Assembly: GCA_965201075.1 (NCBI GenBank)
Contig: CBDAVP010000014.1
Coordinates: 186,001 to 250,000, forward strand
DNA from: Isosphaeraceae bacterium
GTDB taxonomy: Bacteria; Planctomycetota; Planctomycetia; Isosphaerales; Isosphaeraceae
Length of the DNA: 64,000 nucleotides
Direction: 5' to 3'
Part shown: in pieces, positions 23,626 to 33,201 of the stretch
Layout of the letters: each line of letters starts with the position of its first letter
How positions within the stretch are numbered: the stretch's first letter is position 1
Translations under genes and position numbers: made by a program
Notes under the pieces: model-generated
What the model was told of the DNA's origin: nothing
Seen by the model: the letters and a program-made list of their open reading frames with translations, nothing else
Databases searched by the model: none

Positions 23626-25539
23626 GTGTTGCGTGCCGCGTTCCAGAGGCTGCTGGCCAGCCATCCAGGTCTGGCCCGCTGGGTGGGGGACCGGGGCGAC
23701 CTCCAGTTGCCGGCTGTCGCATTGAGCATCGGCACCCACCTGGCCGTCCTGGTAATCCTGGCCCTGAGCTTCATCGACTTGGGGCCCGTCACCGCCCCCC
23801 GCGCCATCCGCGGCGAGATCGCCGACGAATCGGTCGCCGACCTGACCAAGCTCGACGACTCCCAGGCCCTGGCCGAGATCGACCGGCCCACAACCCTGGA
23901 GCCCGTCGCCGGCTCGTTCTCGCCACAAGTCTCGGCGCACATCGTCGAGGACCCGATGACCCCCCAGGAAATGCCGATCTCGGCCCTCAAGCCCGAGCAA
24001 CAGGCCGCCTCCCGCATCGTCCTGCCCCACGCCGTCAACCTCGGCACCGCCGTCTCGATCCGGGGTAGCGGCATGGCCCACGTCGAGGGGGGCGTCGACG
24101 CCGCCGTCGACCGCCTGGCCGCCGAGATCCTCCGCAAGGTCGAAACCGGACGCACCCTGGTCGTCTGGGCCTTCGACGCCTCCGGAAGCCTCCAGGCCGA
24201 GCGCCAGCGCCTCAGCGGCCACGTCCAGAAGGTCTACCAGCACATCGCCGAGATCGACCACGAAGGCAAGGCCGACGACGGCGGCCTTCTGACGATGGTG
24301 GTGTCCTTCGGCCGAGACCGCAAGCCGATGCTCGACCAGCCCACCGCCGACCCCGCCGCCATCGCCAAGGCCATCAACGCCGTGCCCCTCGACACCAGCG
24401 GCGTCGAATCCACCTTCGGCACCGTCGGCGAGATCGCCCGGGTCTGGGGCAAGTACAAACGCGACGGCAAGCCCTACCGCACGATCACGATCGTCGTCAC
24501 CGACGAGGTAGGCGACGACGAGAGCAAGCTTGAAGACGCAATTGCCGCGGCCAACAAGGCCCAGATGCCCGTCTTCGTTCTGGGTTCGCCGGCCATCTTT
24601 AGCCGGGTCGAGGGGTACATGAACTACAAGGACCCCAAGACCGGCGAGATGTTCTACAACCTCCCGGTCCGCCAGGGGCCCGAAAGCGTCTCCCTGGAAC
24701 AGATCCGCCTGCCCTTCTGGTACGACGGCCCCCGCTACGAGGTCATGGACGCCGGCTTCGGCCCCTACGCCCTCAGCCGCCTTGCCGGGGCCACCGGAGG
24801 CATCTACTTCCTGACCCGCATGGGCGGCAACCGCCCCACCTTCGACCCCGCCGGCATGCGCGAGTACCGCCCCGACTGGGTCAGCCGCCGCGAATACGAA
24901 CGGGCCCTCGAAGGCGACAAGCACCCTCTGCGGGCCGCCCTGAAACAGGCCGCCGCCCTGACCCAGCAAGACCTGCCCGACCAGCCTGGCCTGACCTTTC
25001 CGGCCGTTGACGACCCCCGCTTCAAGGAGGTCATGAAGCGTAACCAGGAAACCGTCGCCCGCATCGCCTACACGGTTGACCAGGCCCTCGTGCCGATCAA
25101 CCAGGTGTCCAAGTCCCGCGACAAGGAAACCTCCCGGCGCTGGCAGGCCCACTACGACCTGGCCCGAGGCCGGCTCCTGGCGATGAAGCTGCGCTGCTAC
25201 GAGTACAACAACGCCTGCGCCAAGATGCTCAAGGAGCCGCCCAAGTTCACCAAGCCAACCTCCAACGCCTGGAAGCTCGTCCCCGACGACGAGATCCGCC
25301 TCAGCGACAAGGCCGCCGCCTTCGCCGTCGAGGCCAAGACCCTGCTCACCCGGGTCACCACCGACCACCCCGGAACCCCGTGGTCCCTGCTGGCCCGTCG
25401 AGAGCTCAAAGACCCCTTCGGCTTCAAATGGGTCGAGGCCAACGCCCCCCCACCCCCCAAGATGGCCGACGCCGGAGCCGAGGCCAAGGCCGCCAAGAAG
25501 GCCAAGCCCGAAAAGCCTCCCGAACGCCCTAGGCTCTGA
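23626..25539 (+). CDS. membrane-anchored VWA-domain protein (Planctomycete type)
   Basis: N-terminal TM; MIDAS DASGS; VVTDEVGDD; GFGPYALSRL. Confidence 0.85.
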   Translation: MLRAAFQRLLASHPGLARWVGDRGDLQLPAVALSIGTHLAVLVILALSFIDLGPVTAPRAIRGEIADESVADLTKLDDSQALAEIDRPTTLEPVAGSFSPQVSAHIVEDPMTPQEMPISALKPEQQAASRIVLPHAVNLGTAVSIRGSGMAHVEGGVDAAVDRLAAEILRKVETGRTLVVWAFDASGSLQAERQRLSGHVQKVYQHIAEIDHEGKADDGGLLTMVVSFGRDRKPMLDQPTADPAAIAKAINAVPLDTSGVESTFGTVGEIARVWGKYKRDGKPYRTITIVVTDEVGDDESKLEDAIAAANKAQMPVFVLGSPAIFSRVEGYMNYKDPKTGEMFYNLPVRQGPESVSLEQIRLPFWYDGPRYEVMDAGFGPYALSRLAGATGGIYFLTRMGGNRPTFDPAGMREYRPDWVSRREYERALEGDKHPLRAALKQAAALTQQDLPDQPGLTFPAVDDPRFKEVMKRNQETVARIAYTVDQALVPINQVSKSRDKETSRRWQAHYDLARGRLLAMKLRCYEYNNACAKMLKEPPKFTKPTSNAWKLVPDDEIRLSDKAAAFAVEAKTLLTRVTTDHPGTPWSLLARRELKDPFGFKWVEANAPPPPKMADAGAEAKAAKKAKPEKPPERPRL

Positions 25540-25714
25540 CCCGAGCCGGTCGAGTGCGTCCGTTCCTCGTTTCCCCGGTCTCCGGGGGAACGCCCGCTCC
25601 AGCCGCTCCGCGGCCCGCATCTCTGGAAACCAAGCCGACGACACGCCTGGAGAGTGGCGGCCCGGGTCGGCCCGCATGGTCCCCTCCACCCCTACACGCT
25701 CACGAGGCCAACGG

Positions 25715-25999
25715 ATGAGCCTCAACCCCAGGGAACTCCGGCCCGGAGACGCCATCCGAATCCTCGACATCCCCGGGCGGGACGTGCCGGGGTATCTCCT
25801 CTTCGACGAGACCCGAGCCCTCTACGAACGCCTCATCCAGAAACGAACCGCCTTGCGCATCCATCACATCAACGACCTAGGCTATCCCTACATTTGCTAC
25901 CAACTCCGTGACGAGTCGGGTGGCTGGGTTTACCACGACCTGATGATCGGTCCCGACGACATCTGGGAACGGGCGGAATCCGCCGCCGCGCCAGGTTAA
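25715..25999 (+). CDS. hypothetical protein
   Basis: Protein-like composition; GAGG upstream of ATG. Confidence 0.6.
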   Translation: MSLNPRELRPGDAIRILDIPGRDVPGYLLFDETRALYERLIQKRTALRIHHINDLGYPYICYQLRDESGGWVYHDLMIGPDDIWERAESAAAPG

Positions 26000-26020
26000 G
26001 CCCCAAGCGGCCGAACCTGT

Positions 26021-26293
26021 TTATTTCGCACCTTTACCAGACCTGATGAGATGCTCAATCCCGACCGCTCCCAAGACCAGCAAGACGCTGGAGCGGATCG
26101 CAATTGCCGGTCCGTAGAAAACCTCGGCCCATGTCAATCGGTCGGATTGGGGCATCGAGGACGCCTTCCAGAGTGCGAAGGCGCCGACCAACACGGCGTA
26201 CAGGGCAGCGAAGATGATCCCCGGTACCCGAATCAAGTGCTTGTTCTTCGGTCCCATCGGTCGAGCTTTGGAGTTGGTGGGCAAACCCAACAT
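26021..26293 (-). CDS. small hypothetical membrane protein
   Basis: Two hydrophobic segments; start uncertain. Confidence 0.45.
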   Translation of the reverse strand: MLGLPTNSKARPMGPKNKHLIRVPGIIFAALYAVLVGAFALWKASSMPQSDRLTWAEVFYGPAIAIRSSVLLVLGAVGIEHLIRSGKGAK

Positions 26294-26316
26294 GGAGGAT
26301 AACCGAGTTCGGGTGA

Positions 26317-26585
26317 TTAAAGACGCGCCACGAGTGAATCATACTCGGCGTGCGAACCGATCCAGAACCAGGTCATGGTGTCGCCTTCCCACAGCCCCAA
26401 TGCCCGATGTCCCAGCCCAACGCGGGCGGAGTGGACTGGCTGACGCTGGCTGACGCGCTTGAATTGCAAGCTCGGGTGGTGGGGTTGGCCCGCCACAGGG
26501 CGTAGGCGCGTGAGGCTTGTTGACGCACGGATTCTGGCAGATGGCGAAGCTGGTCGAGGAACCTCGCGGTGATGACCGAATTCAC
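26317..26585 (-). CDS. ParE/RelE-like toxin, frameshifted in a C-run near 26481
   Basis: MNSVITARFLDQLRHLPESVRQQASRAYALWRANP continues in another frame as HPSLQFKRVSQ...SARVGLGHRALG...WFWIGSHAEYDSLVARL*. Confidence 0.8.
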
Positions 26586-26821
26586 GGCCGGGGCTCGTCG
26601 GGCGGGAAAACCTTATTGAGCGGAACCGTGCCCCCGGTCGCCACGTCCCGGCGTACCTGCGCGATCATGCGATCCCACTGATCGTCGGTCGTCGCGGCGA
26701 AGTGTGCCGACCAGGTCCGTTCGTCCTCGACCTCGGCCAGCAACCAGGCGGCAATCACATCCTGATCTTCGTCCGAGAGCTTCTCGGCCTCGGCAACCGC
26801 CTCCCGCAACAGCCTCGTCAT
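26582..26821 (-). CDS. putative antitoxin of the ParE-like toxin
   Basis: MTRLLREAVAEAEKLSDEDQDVIAAWLLAEVEDERTW; overlaps the toxin start; GGAGG RBS. Confidence 0.75.
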   Translation of the reverse strand: MTRLLREAVAEAEKLSDEDQDVIAAWLLAEVEDERTWSAHFAATTDDQWDRMIAQVRRDVATGGTVPLNKVFPPDEPRP

Positions 26822-27065
26822 CGGACCTCCGATCGACCTGGCAAGAGATTCGTCCCATCGTCGGTTCCAGGCTACCGCGCGTCTCCGCGGCAACGCCAGC
26901 CGTGGTCGGGTCGACCGGCCGTCGGGATGCGTGGCCGTCGGCCCCGCGAGTCATGGAGACGACGGGGCGGCCAGAGCCGTGGGAGCGAATGGAATGAGGG
27001 TCGAAGCGGATCGTGGTAGATCATGCTTGCGGAATGCTCGAGTTCGCGAGTGTCGAAATTCTGGC

Positions 27066-27499
27066 TCAAATCTCGATCATATGAATTCCACCATGCTCGG
27101 GGTTGCCGATGAGACGCCGTCACTTCGGGTCGACGACCCAATCCATTAACTCCAAAGGGACTTGGCCAATGACGACAGAAAATTTCATCGGCGATCTCGG
27201 CCACGTCGCTGATGCAATCCCGTCCCTGCACGGTAAGACGCACCGCCCGATAGATTTGCAAGGGGGACGTGCCCCGCGATCGTCCGGGATTGGCGGGCCC
27301 GGACCGGCTCCAACCCCAGGAGGGCGATCAGCCGGCTGGGCATCAACAACCCGGTGGCCCCGGTGTCGATCAGGGCGTCAGTCACGTCCACCCGGCGGAT
27401 CTCCGGCTCGGCCCGGCGGCCTTTCCGGTGATCGGTGAGGTCGTCCAGGTTCTCGATCAGGGCCGAGACGACCCCCTTGACCATCGTCGCGACCTCCAT
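27066..27499 (-). pseudogene. clan AA (retropepsin-like) aspartic protease, disrupted
   Basis: ALIDTGAT catalytic motif; continues through two frameshifts to VVIGQVPLELMDWVVDPK*RRLIGNPEHGG with an in-frame TGA. Confidence 0.75.
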
Positions 27500-27537
27500 G
27501 GCAATGACTCCTCTTCGAGCCAACGAGATACCCCCAT

Positions 27538-28785
27538 TCACCGTCCCGCCTTCTTTCGCCCGGGCTTGGCGGCCGGGGCGTCGTCGGCCGCGTCGGCGGG
27601 GGCGGGCTCGGCGGGGGGGACCTTGGGCGCGGGCTTGGCGTTGTTGTCGTCGGCCGCTTTCTTGGCCGGCTTGCGACCGGCGTCCTTGCCGGCGACGACC
27701 GTCGGCTCGGAATACTGGGCTGGCTCCAGGTTGTAGCGCGGCTCCCACTCGTCCTTGCGCGACTTGATCGTGTCGTCGAGGAACTTCAGGATCGCCTCGG
27801 ACGCCTCGGGCTCGAACCGCAGCATCCGCGACCCGTGCAGCGCCGTGGGATAGGTGACGACCTTGCTGGTCCTTTGACGCTCAACCAACGGCCGAGACGC
27901 CTTGATCACGTCCTTGCTGGCGGCATCCTTCTCGCCGGCCATCAGCAGCAAGGGCAACCTCGGGGCCAGGGCCGCCAGGGTCGCCTCCAGCCTCGGCGTT
28001 CCCACCGCGCCGGCCATCGGCGAGACCATCACCAACGCCCCCAAATCGCTGACCCGCCCCTCGCTGGAGATCGCCCCATCCGGCGACTGCGCCCAGCGCG
28101 CCGCCAGGTTCGCCCCATCCCCCAGCGCCACGGCCGCGAACTTCGCCAGGTTCAGTTCCAGGTTGTTGTGGCAGCCAATCAGAAACCGGTACACCTGCTG
28201 CAAATCCCCATCCTTCTCCCGGGCGGCCGTCCCCCCCGCGCCGGCGCCAGCACCAGCCGCTCCGCCGCCGCGCAAGTCGATCAGCATCACGGCGTATCCC
28301 TTGTTTTGCAGGGCGTCGGCCAGCCCCTGACCCTTTAGGGCATCGATCGGGTCCTGGAAATCCTTGGCGAGCCCGCCTTTCTCATGGACCAGCAACACCA
28401 CCGGAGCCGTCGCCCCGGCGCGGGCCGGGTAGTACACGGCGTTCATCGAGGGGCCGTCGAACCCCGAGAGCTTAAACTTGAGGTGGAACGGCCAGTCATC
28501 CGCCTTGCCCGGGTCCATCAGCGGCTCGGCCGCCTTTCGGGCCGCGCCCTTGGCGGCCGGGGCATCCTTGGGGGCCGCCGCCGGCGCCGCCGGAATCTTC
28601 AGGCCGCCCCGCTTCGCCTTCGCCCGCGACGGCTTGGCCTTGGCCTTCGGCGCGGGCGGTTCCGCCATCGGGATCTCCTCCTCCTCCGGAACCTGAGCCC
28701 TCGCCATCGCCGCGCCCGAAAGCCACGCCACCACGACGCCCGCCATCGCCCAGGTCATCACCCCTCGCGACCGTCGTTGACGCAT
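27538..28785 (-). CDS. secreted alpha/beta-hydrolase-fold protein
   Basis: Signal peptide, PVVLLVH, GYAVMLIDLRG, late LHG; nucleophile elbow degenerate (ALGDGANLA). Confidence 0.7.
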   Translation of the reverse strand: MRQRRSRGVMTWAMAGVVVAWLSGAAMARAQVPEEEEIPMAEPPAPKAKAKPSRAKAKRGGLKIPAAPAAAPKDAPAAKGAARKAAEPLMDPGKADDWPFHLKFKLSGFDGPSMNAVYYPARAGATAPVVLLVHEKGGLAKDFQDPIDALKGQGLADALQNKGYAVMLIDLRGGGAAGAGAGAGGTAAREKDGDLQQVYRFLIGCHNNLELNLAKFAAVALGDGANLAARWAQSPDGAISSEGRVSDLGALVMVSPMAGAVGTPRLEATLAALAPRLPLLLMAGEKDAASKDVIKASRPLVERQRTSKVVTYPTALHGSRMLRFEPEASEAILKFLDDTIKSRKDEWEPRYNLEPAQYSEPTVVAGKDAGRKPAKKAADDNNAKPAPKVPPAEPAPADAADDAPAAKPGRKKAGR

Positions 28786-29003
28786 TTCACCCTCCCGAAC
28801 CTTGACCGACCCGTCCGACCCTGGACCCGTCGCGGACCCCGGGCGTGCCCCTTCATCTCATCGTAAAGCGAATCGGCGCAGGGGACAAGCGTCGATGGCA
28901 CGGACCGCGACCGCCGCCCCGCGCTCGATTTCGCCCGGGCCCCCTGTCAGAATGGGCCGCCACCAGGGAGCCGTCATCTTAGCCCACGGAGGTTCGTCCC
29001 CAC

Positions 29004-30689
29004 ATGATCGTCCGAAACGCCTTGCCGCTCGCGTTCCTGATCGCCCTGGTGGTCGCTCAACCCCCATCGTGCCCGGCCCAGGTCGCCGACGACGGGGCCC
29101 GCGAGTTCATCGCCGAGCACGAGCGAACCGTCCGCCCCCTGGAAAAAGCCGCCTCCCTGGCCTGGTGGGTGGCCAACGTCTCGGGCAAAAACGACGACTT
29201 CGCCGCCAAGGAGGCCGCCCAGAACCGCCTCGACGCCGCCCTGGCCGACCACGCCCGCTTCGCGACCTTGAAATCCCTCCGAGGGGCCGTCAAGGCCCCC
29301 ACCCTCGCCCGCCAGGTCGACGTCCTCTACCTCCAGTACCTGGAAAAGCAGGTCGACCCGGCCCTGCTCAAGCAGATCGCCGCCAAGTCCAACGCCATCG
29401 AGCAAACCTTCAACGCCTACCGCGCCAAGGTCAACGGCGCCGAGATGCCCGACAGCGAGGTCCGCGCCGTCCTGAAGGCGTCCAACGACTCGGCCCGTCG
29501 CCAGGCCGTCTGGGAGGCCAGCAAAGGGGTCGGCGCCGCCGTCGAGGCCGACCTCCGCGACCTCGTCCGCCTGCGCAACGACGCTGCCCGGTCCCTCGGC
29601 TTCGGCGACTTCCACAAGCTCCAGCTCCACCTCAACGAGCAGGACCAAACCAAGGTCCTCGCCCTCTTCGACGAACTCGACGACCTGACCCGAGCCCCAT
29701 TCCTGACCGCCAAGGCCGAGGTCGACGCCAAACTTGCCGCGCGCTATGGCATTGGCGCGGCCGATTTACGCCCCTGGCACTACCACGATCCGTTCTTTCA
29801 GGAGCCCCCATCCGTTTTTGACGCCGACCTGGACGCTCCTTACGTCAAGGCCGACATCCAGAAGCTCTGTCGAGACTTCTACGCCGGCATGGGTCTGCCG
29901 ATCGACGACGTCCTGGCCCGTAGCGACCTTTACGAAAAGCCAGGCAAGAGTCCCCACGCCTTTTGCACCGACATCGACCGCGAGGGCGACGTCCGCGTCC
30001 TGGCCAACGTCGTTCCCAACGAATATTGGGCCGGGACGATGCTCCACGAGCTGGGCCACTCGGTCTACAGCAGCAAGAACATCCCCCGATCGTTGCCCTA
30101 CGTCCTGCGCACCGAGGCCCACATCCTGGCCACCGAGGGCCTGGCCATGATGTTCGAGCGGTTCAGCAAGGACGCCACCTTCCTGAACCAGATGGGCGTC
30201 CCCGTGGCCGACCCCGCCGCCTTCGACGCCACCGGCGCCCTCATGCTGCGAAACAAGCTCCTGATCTTCTCCCGATGGTGCCAGGTGATGCTCCGCTTCG
30301 AGAAAGCGCTCTACGAAAACCCCGACCAGGACCTCAATGCCCTCTGGTGGTCCCTGGCCGAACGCTACCAGGATCTCCACCGCCCCGAAGGGCGCAACGC
30401 GCCCGACTACGCCAGCAAGGTCCACATCGTCGTGGCCCCGGCTTATTACCACAACTACATGATGGGACAGCTTTTCGCGTCGCAACTGCACCACGCGATC
30501 GCCCGAGAGGTCCTCGGCGGCGTCGACCCCGACGCGGCCAGCTACGTCGGCAAGCCCGCCGTCGGCCAGTTCCTCCAGGACCGCGTCTTCGCCCCCGGCA
30601 AAACGCTCCCCTGGAACGACCTGACCCGTCACGTCACCGGAGCCCCGCTCAACCCCAAGGCCTTCGCCGACGACTTCCGCGCCAAATAA
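29004..30689 (+). CDS. M2/M3-family zinc metallopeptidase (peptidyl-dipeptidase-like)
   Basis: HELGH, downstream TEGLAM, KPGKSPHAFC, PAYYHNY; signal peptide. Confidence 0.88.
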   Translation: MIVRNALPLAFLIALVVAQPPSCPAQVADDGAREFIAEHERTVRPLEKAASLAWWVANVSGKNDDFAAKEAAQNRLDAALADHARFATLKSLRGAVKAPTLARQVDVLYLQYLEKQVDPALLKQIAAKSNAIEQTFNAYRAKVNGAEMPDSEVRAVLKASNDSARRQAVWEASKGVGAAVEADLRDLVRLRNDAARSLGFGDFHKLQLHLNEQDQTKVLALFDELDDLTRAPFLTAKAEVDAKLAARYGIGAADLRPWHYHDPFFQEPPSVFDADLDAPYVKADIQKLCRDFYAGMGLPIDDVLARSDLYEKPGKSPHAFCTDIDREGDVRVLANVVPNEYWAGTMLHELGHSVYSSKNIPRSLPYVLRTEAHILATEGLAMMFERFSKDATFLNQMGVPVADPAAFDATGALMLRNKLLIFSRWCQVMLRFEKALYENPDQDLNALWWSLAERYQDLHRPEGRNAPDYASKVHIVVAPAYYHNYMMGQLFASQLHHAIAREVLGGVDPDAASYVGKPAVGQFLQDRVFAPGKTLPWNDLTRHVTGAPLNPKAFADDFRAK

Positions 30690-30707
30690 AAAACGGAACC
30701 ACCGACC

Positions 30708-32522
30708 ATGCCCGCCATCGCCCTGCTGCTGGTCCTGGCCGCCGCCGCCGCGAACGACGACGATGACGGCGCGGGCGACCGGGCTCGCCGCCCCTTTGTC
30801 ATCGAGGTCGTCGACGACCAGACCAGCCGGGGCGTCCCGCTGATCGAGCTGGAAACCGTCCACCACGTCCGCCTCGTCACCGACAGCGCCGGCCTCGCCG
30901 CCTTCGACGAGCCGGGCCTGATGAGGCAGGACGTGTTCTTTCACATCCGCGGCCACGGCTACGAATTCCCCGCCGACGGCTTCGGCAACCGCGGCAAGGC
31001 CCTGAAAACCGAGCCGGGGGGAGCCGCCCGCCTCCTGATCCACCGGATCAACATCGCCGAGCGCCTCTACCGAATCACCGGCGCGGGGATCTACCGAGAC
31101 AGCCTCCTGGCTGGCCGATCGTCGCCGCCCCGTTATCCCCTGCTCAACGCCAAGGTCCTCGGTTCCGACAGTGCCCAGGTCGCCGTCTTCCGCGGCCGGC
31201 TGCACTGGTTCTGGGGCGACACCAATCGCCCGGCCTACCCCCTGGGCAACTTCCAGAGCACCGGGGCGACCTCGCTCCTGCCGGGAGTCGGCGGCCTCGA
31301 CCCCGAGCGCGGCATCGACCTCGACTACTTCACCAACCCCGACGGGTTCGTCCGCCCCGTCGCCCCCGTCCCCGGCGACGGCCCAACCTGGATCGACGCC
31401 CTGGTCCCCCTCCGAGATGCCGACGGCCGAGAGCGCCTCTTCGCCGCCTACGCCAAGGTCCGCCAGTCCATGGCCGCCTACGCCCGAGGGCTGCTGGAGT
31501 TCGACCCCGAAACCGAGCAATTCCGCCCCGTCGCGGCCTTCCCCCTCGACGCCCCGGCCTTGCCCCACGGCCACCCGTTCGTCCTCGACCACCGCGTCTG
31601 GTTCGGCGACCCCTTCCCCCTGGTCCGCGCCCCTGCCAACCCCGAAGCCCTCAAGGACCTCTCTCGCTACGAATCCTACACCTGCCTGAAGCCAGGCACG
31701 TCGCCGGCCCACCCCGAGATCGACCGCGACCCCCAGGGCCGGGCCCTTTACACCTGGAAAGCGGGCGTCCGCCCCCTCGACCCCCAGGCCCAGGCCAAGC
31801 TGGTCCGCTCCGGCACTTTAAAACCCGAGGACGCCCCGCTGCTGCTGAAAGACCCCGACACCGGCCGCGCGGTCGTCTTCCATCGAGGCTCGATCAGCCG
31901 CAACGACCACCGACAACGCTGGGTGGCCATCGCCACCGAGACCGGCGGCGAATCCTCGTTCCTGGGAGAAGTCTGGTATGCCGAGGCCGACGCCCCGACC
32001 GGCCCCTGGGCCTACGCCCGCAAGGTCGCCACCCACCGCAAATACGACTTCTACAACCCCTTGCAGCATCCCCACTTCGCCAAGAACGGCGGCCGCCTCA
32101 TCTTCTTTGAAGGAACCTACACCACCACCTTCTCGGGCAACCTCGACCCCACTCCCCGCTACGACTACAACCAGATCCTCTACAAGCTTGACCTGGACGA
32201 CCCCCGCCTGGTCCTCCCCCGGCCAATCGCCAGGGCCGCCGGCGGGACGATCCTGGGCCCCGGGGTTCACCCCGACGCAACCGTCGCGTTTTACGCCCCC
32301 GACCGCCCCGCCCCCGGCACCTTACCCATCTTCCGATCCCCCTCGGGGCCTCCGCCTGGACTCACCCTCGTCCCCCCCCAGCCCGACGCCTCGCCTCTGT
32401 TCCACGCCCGCCCCGCCGGCGCCCCGTCACCGCCGACACTCCCCCTGGCCGAGGCCCTCGGCGACCCCAACGCCCCGCCTTGCCGGGTATGGCGAGACCC
32501 AGCCCGCACCGCGTCTCCATAA
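30708..32522 (+). CDS. secreted hypothetical protein (possibly beta-propeller/glycosidase-like)
   Basis: Signal peptide; WFWGDT and FFEGTY motifs; strong GC3 bias. Confidence 0.7.
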   Translation: MPAIALLLVLAAAAANDDDDGAGDRARRPFVIEVVDDQTSRGVPLIELETVHHVRLVTDSAGLAAFDEPGLMRQDVFFHIRGHGYEFPADGFGNRGKALKTEPGGAARLLIHRINIAERLYRITGAGIYRDSLLAGRSSPPRYPLLNAKVLGSDSAQVAVFRGRLHWFWGDTNRPAYPLGNFQSTGATSLLPGVGGLDPERGIDLDYFTNPDGFVRPVAPVPGDGPTWIDALVPLRDADGRERLFAAYAKVRQSMAAYARGLLEFDPETEQFRPVAAFPLDAPALPHGHPFVLDHRVWFGDPFPLVRAPANPEALKDLSRYESYTCLKPGTSPAHPEIDRDPQGRALYTWKAGVRPLDPQAQAKLVRSGTLKPEDAPLLLKDPDTGRAVVFHRGSISRNDHRQRWVAIATETGGESSFLGEVWYAEADAPTGPWAYARKVATHRKYDFYNPLQHPHFAKNGGRLIFFEGTYTTTFSGNLDPTPRYDYNQILYKLDLDDPRLVLPRPIARAAGGTILGPGVHPDATVAFYAPDRPAPGTLPIFRSPSGPPPGLTLVPPQPDASPLFHARPAGAPSPPTLPLAEALGDPNAPPCRVWRDPARTASP

Positions 32523-32669
32523 ATGTTCGATCTCGGAAATGACGACTAAACAGGTCATACGAAACGAAAAATGCGATTATTCTTGCCAGTGACTTGTTTC
32601 CGAGCGTTTTGTGTGGCTACACTTGCCTAGAGGGCAACGGAAGCCCTCCGCGTAGGAGAGGGTTCCCCC

Positions 32670-32876
32670 ATGTCGTTGCGCCTTAACGGCCGCCCGTTGC
32701 CGTCCGCCTCGGCCTCCGGCGTTTCCTGGGAACGCGTTCAGTCCCAGGCGCACCGCCCCGAGATTCAGGTCCTCATCCGCCGGGCGATCACCGCCGGCTC
32801 GATCCGCGTCCTGCCGGGTCCCGACGGTAGTCTGAGGATCATCCCCACCTCGGGCCACCAACCCGACGGCCGCTGA
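32670..32876 (+). CDS. small hypothetical protein (68 aa)
   Basis: AGGAGA RBS; upstream promoter-like TGGCTACACT; GC3-biased codons. Confidence 0.5.
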   Translation: MSLRLNGRPLPSASASGVSWERVQSQAHRPEIQVLIRRAITAGSIRVLPGPDGSLRIIPTSGHQPDGR

Positions 32877-33201
32877 AGACCGCCCCCAACGCATCGGAAC
32901 TGGCGGTCCTGACCTTCTCGATCTCTTCGCCGAAGCCTCACCGGGCCTTCCTCGCGAAGCCTTAGCCTGGGGGGCTCAGGTGCGTCCGCCCGCACCCCTC
33001 GGCAGTGGCGTGCTGCCCCGAACCCGCGAGATTCGGGTCGTTGGAAAATTCTTCGGGGCGTGGTGTCCAACTTTGAGAGGTGGTCGCGAAGTCTCCGGCT
33101 GGCGGGCGCCGCGCGCCGACCCAGCCGGTCGGGCCGAGCATTCCGTCACCACGCCGGGGACGACGCACGCCCACTCTTCCACTTCACTCGCGAGGATCAT
33201 C

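Noticed and set aside
17130..25770. Very long antisense ORFs (899, 769, 731 aa and similar ones elsewhere)
   Set aside because: Shadow frames of GC3-biased genes in high-GC DNA
27119..27123. Selenocysteine read-through of the TGA in the aspartic protease
   Set aside because: Not a Cys-type catalytic position, and the gene also has frameshifts
32880..33200. Cobalamin or other riboswitch before the DUF1559 gene
   Set aside because: Hairpins are present but no conserved aptamer signature was recognised
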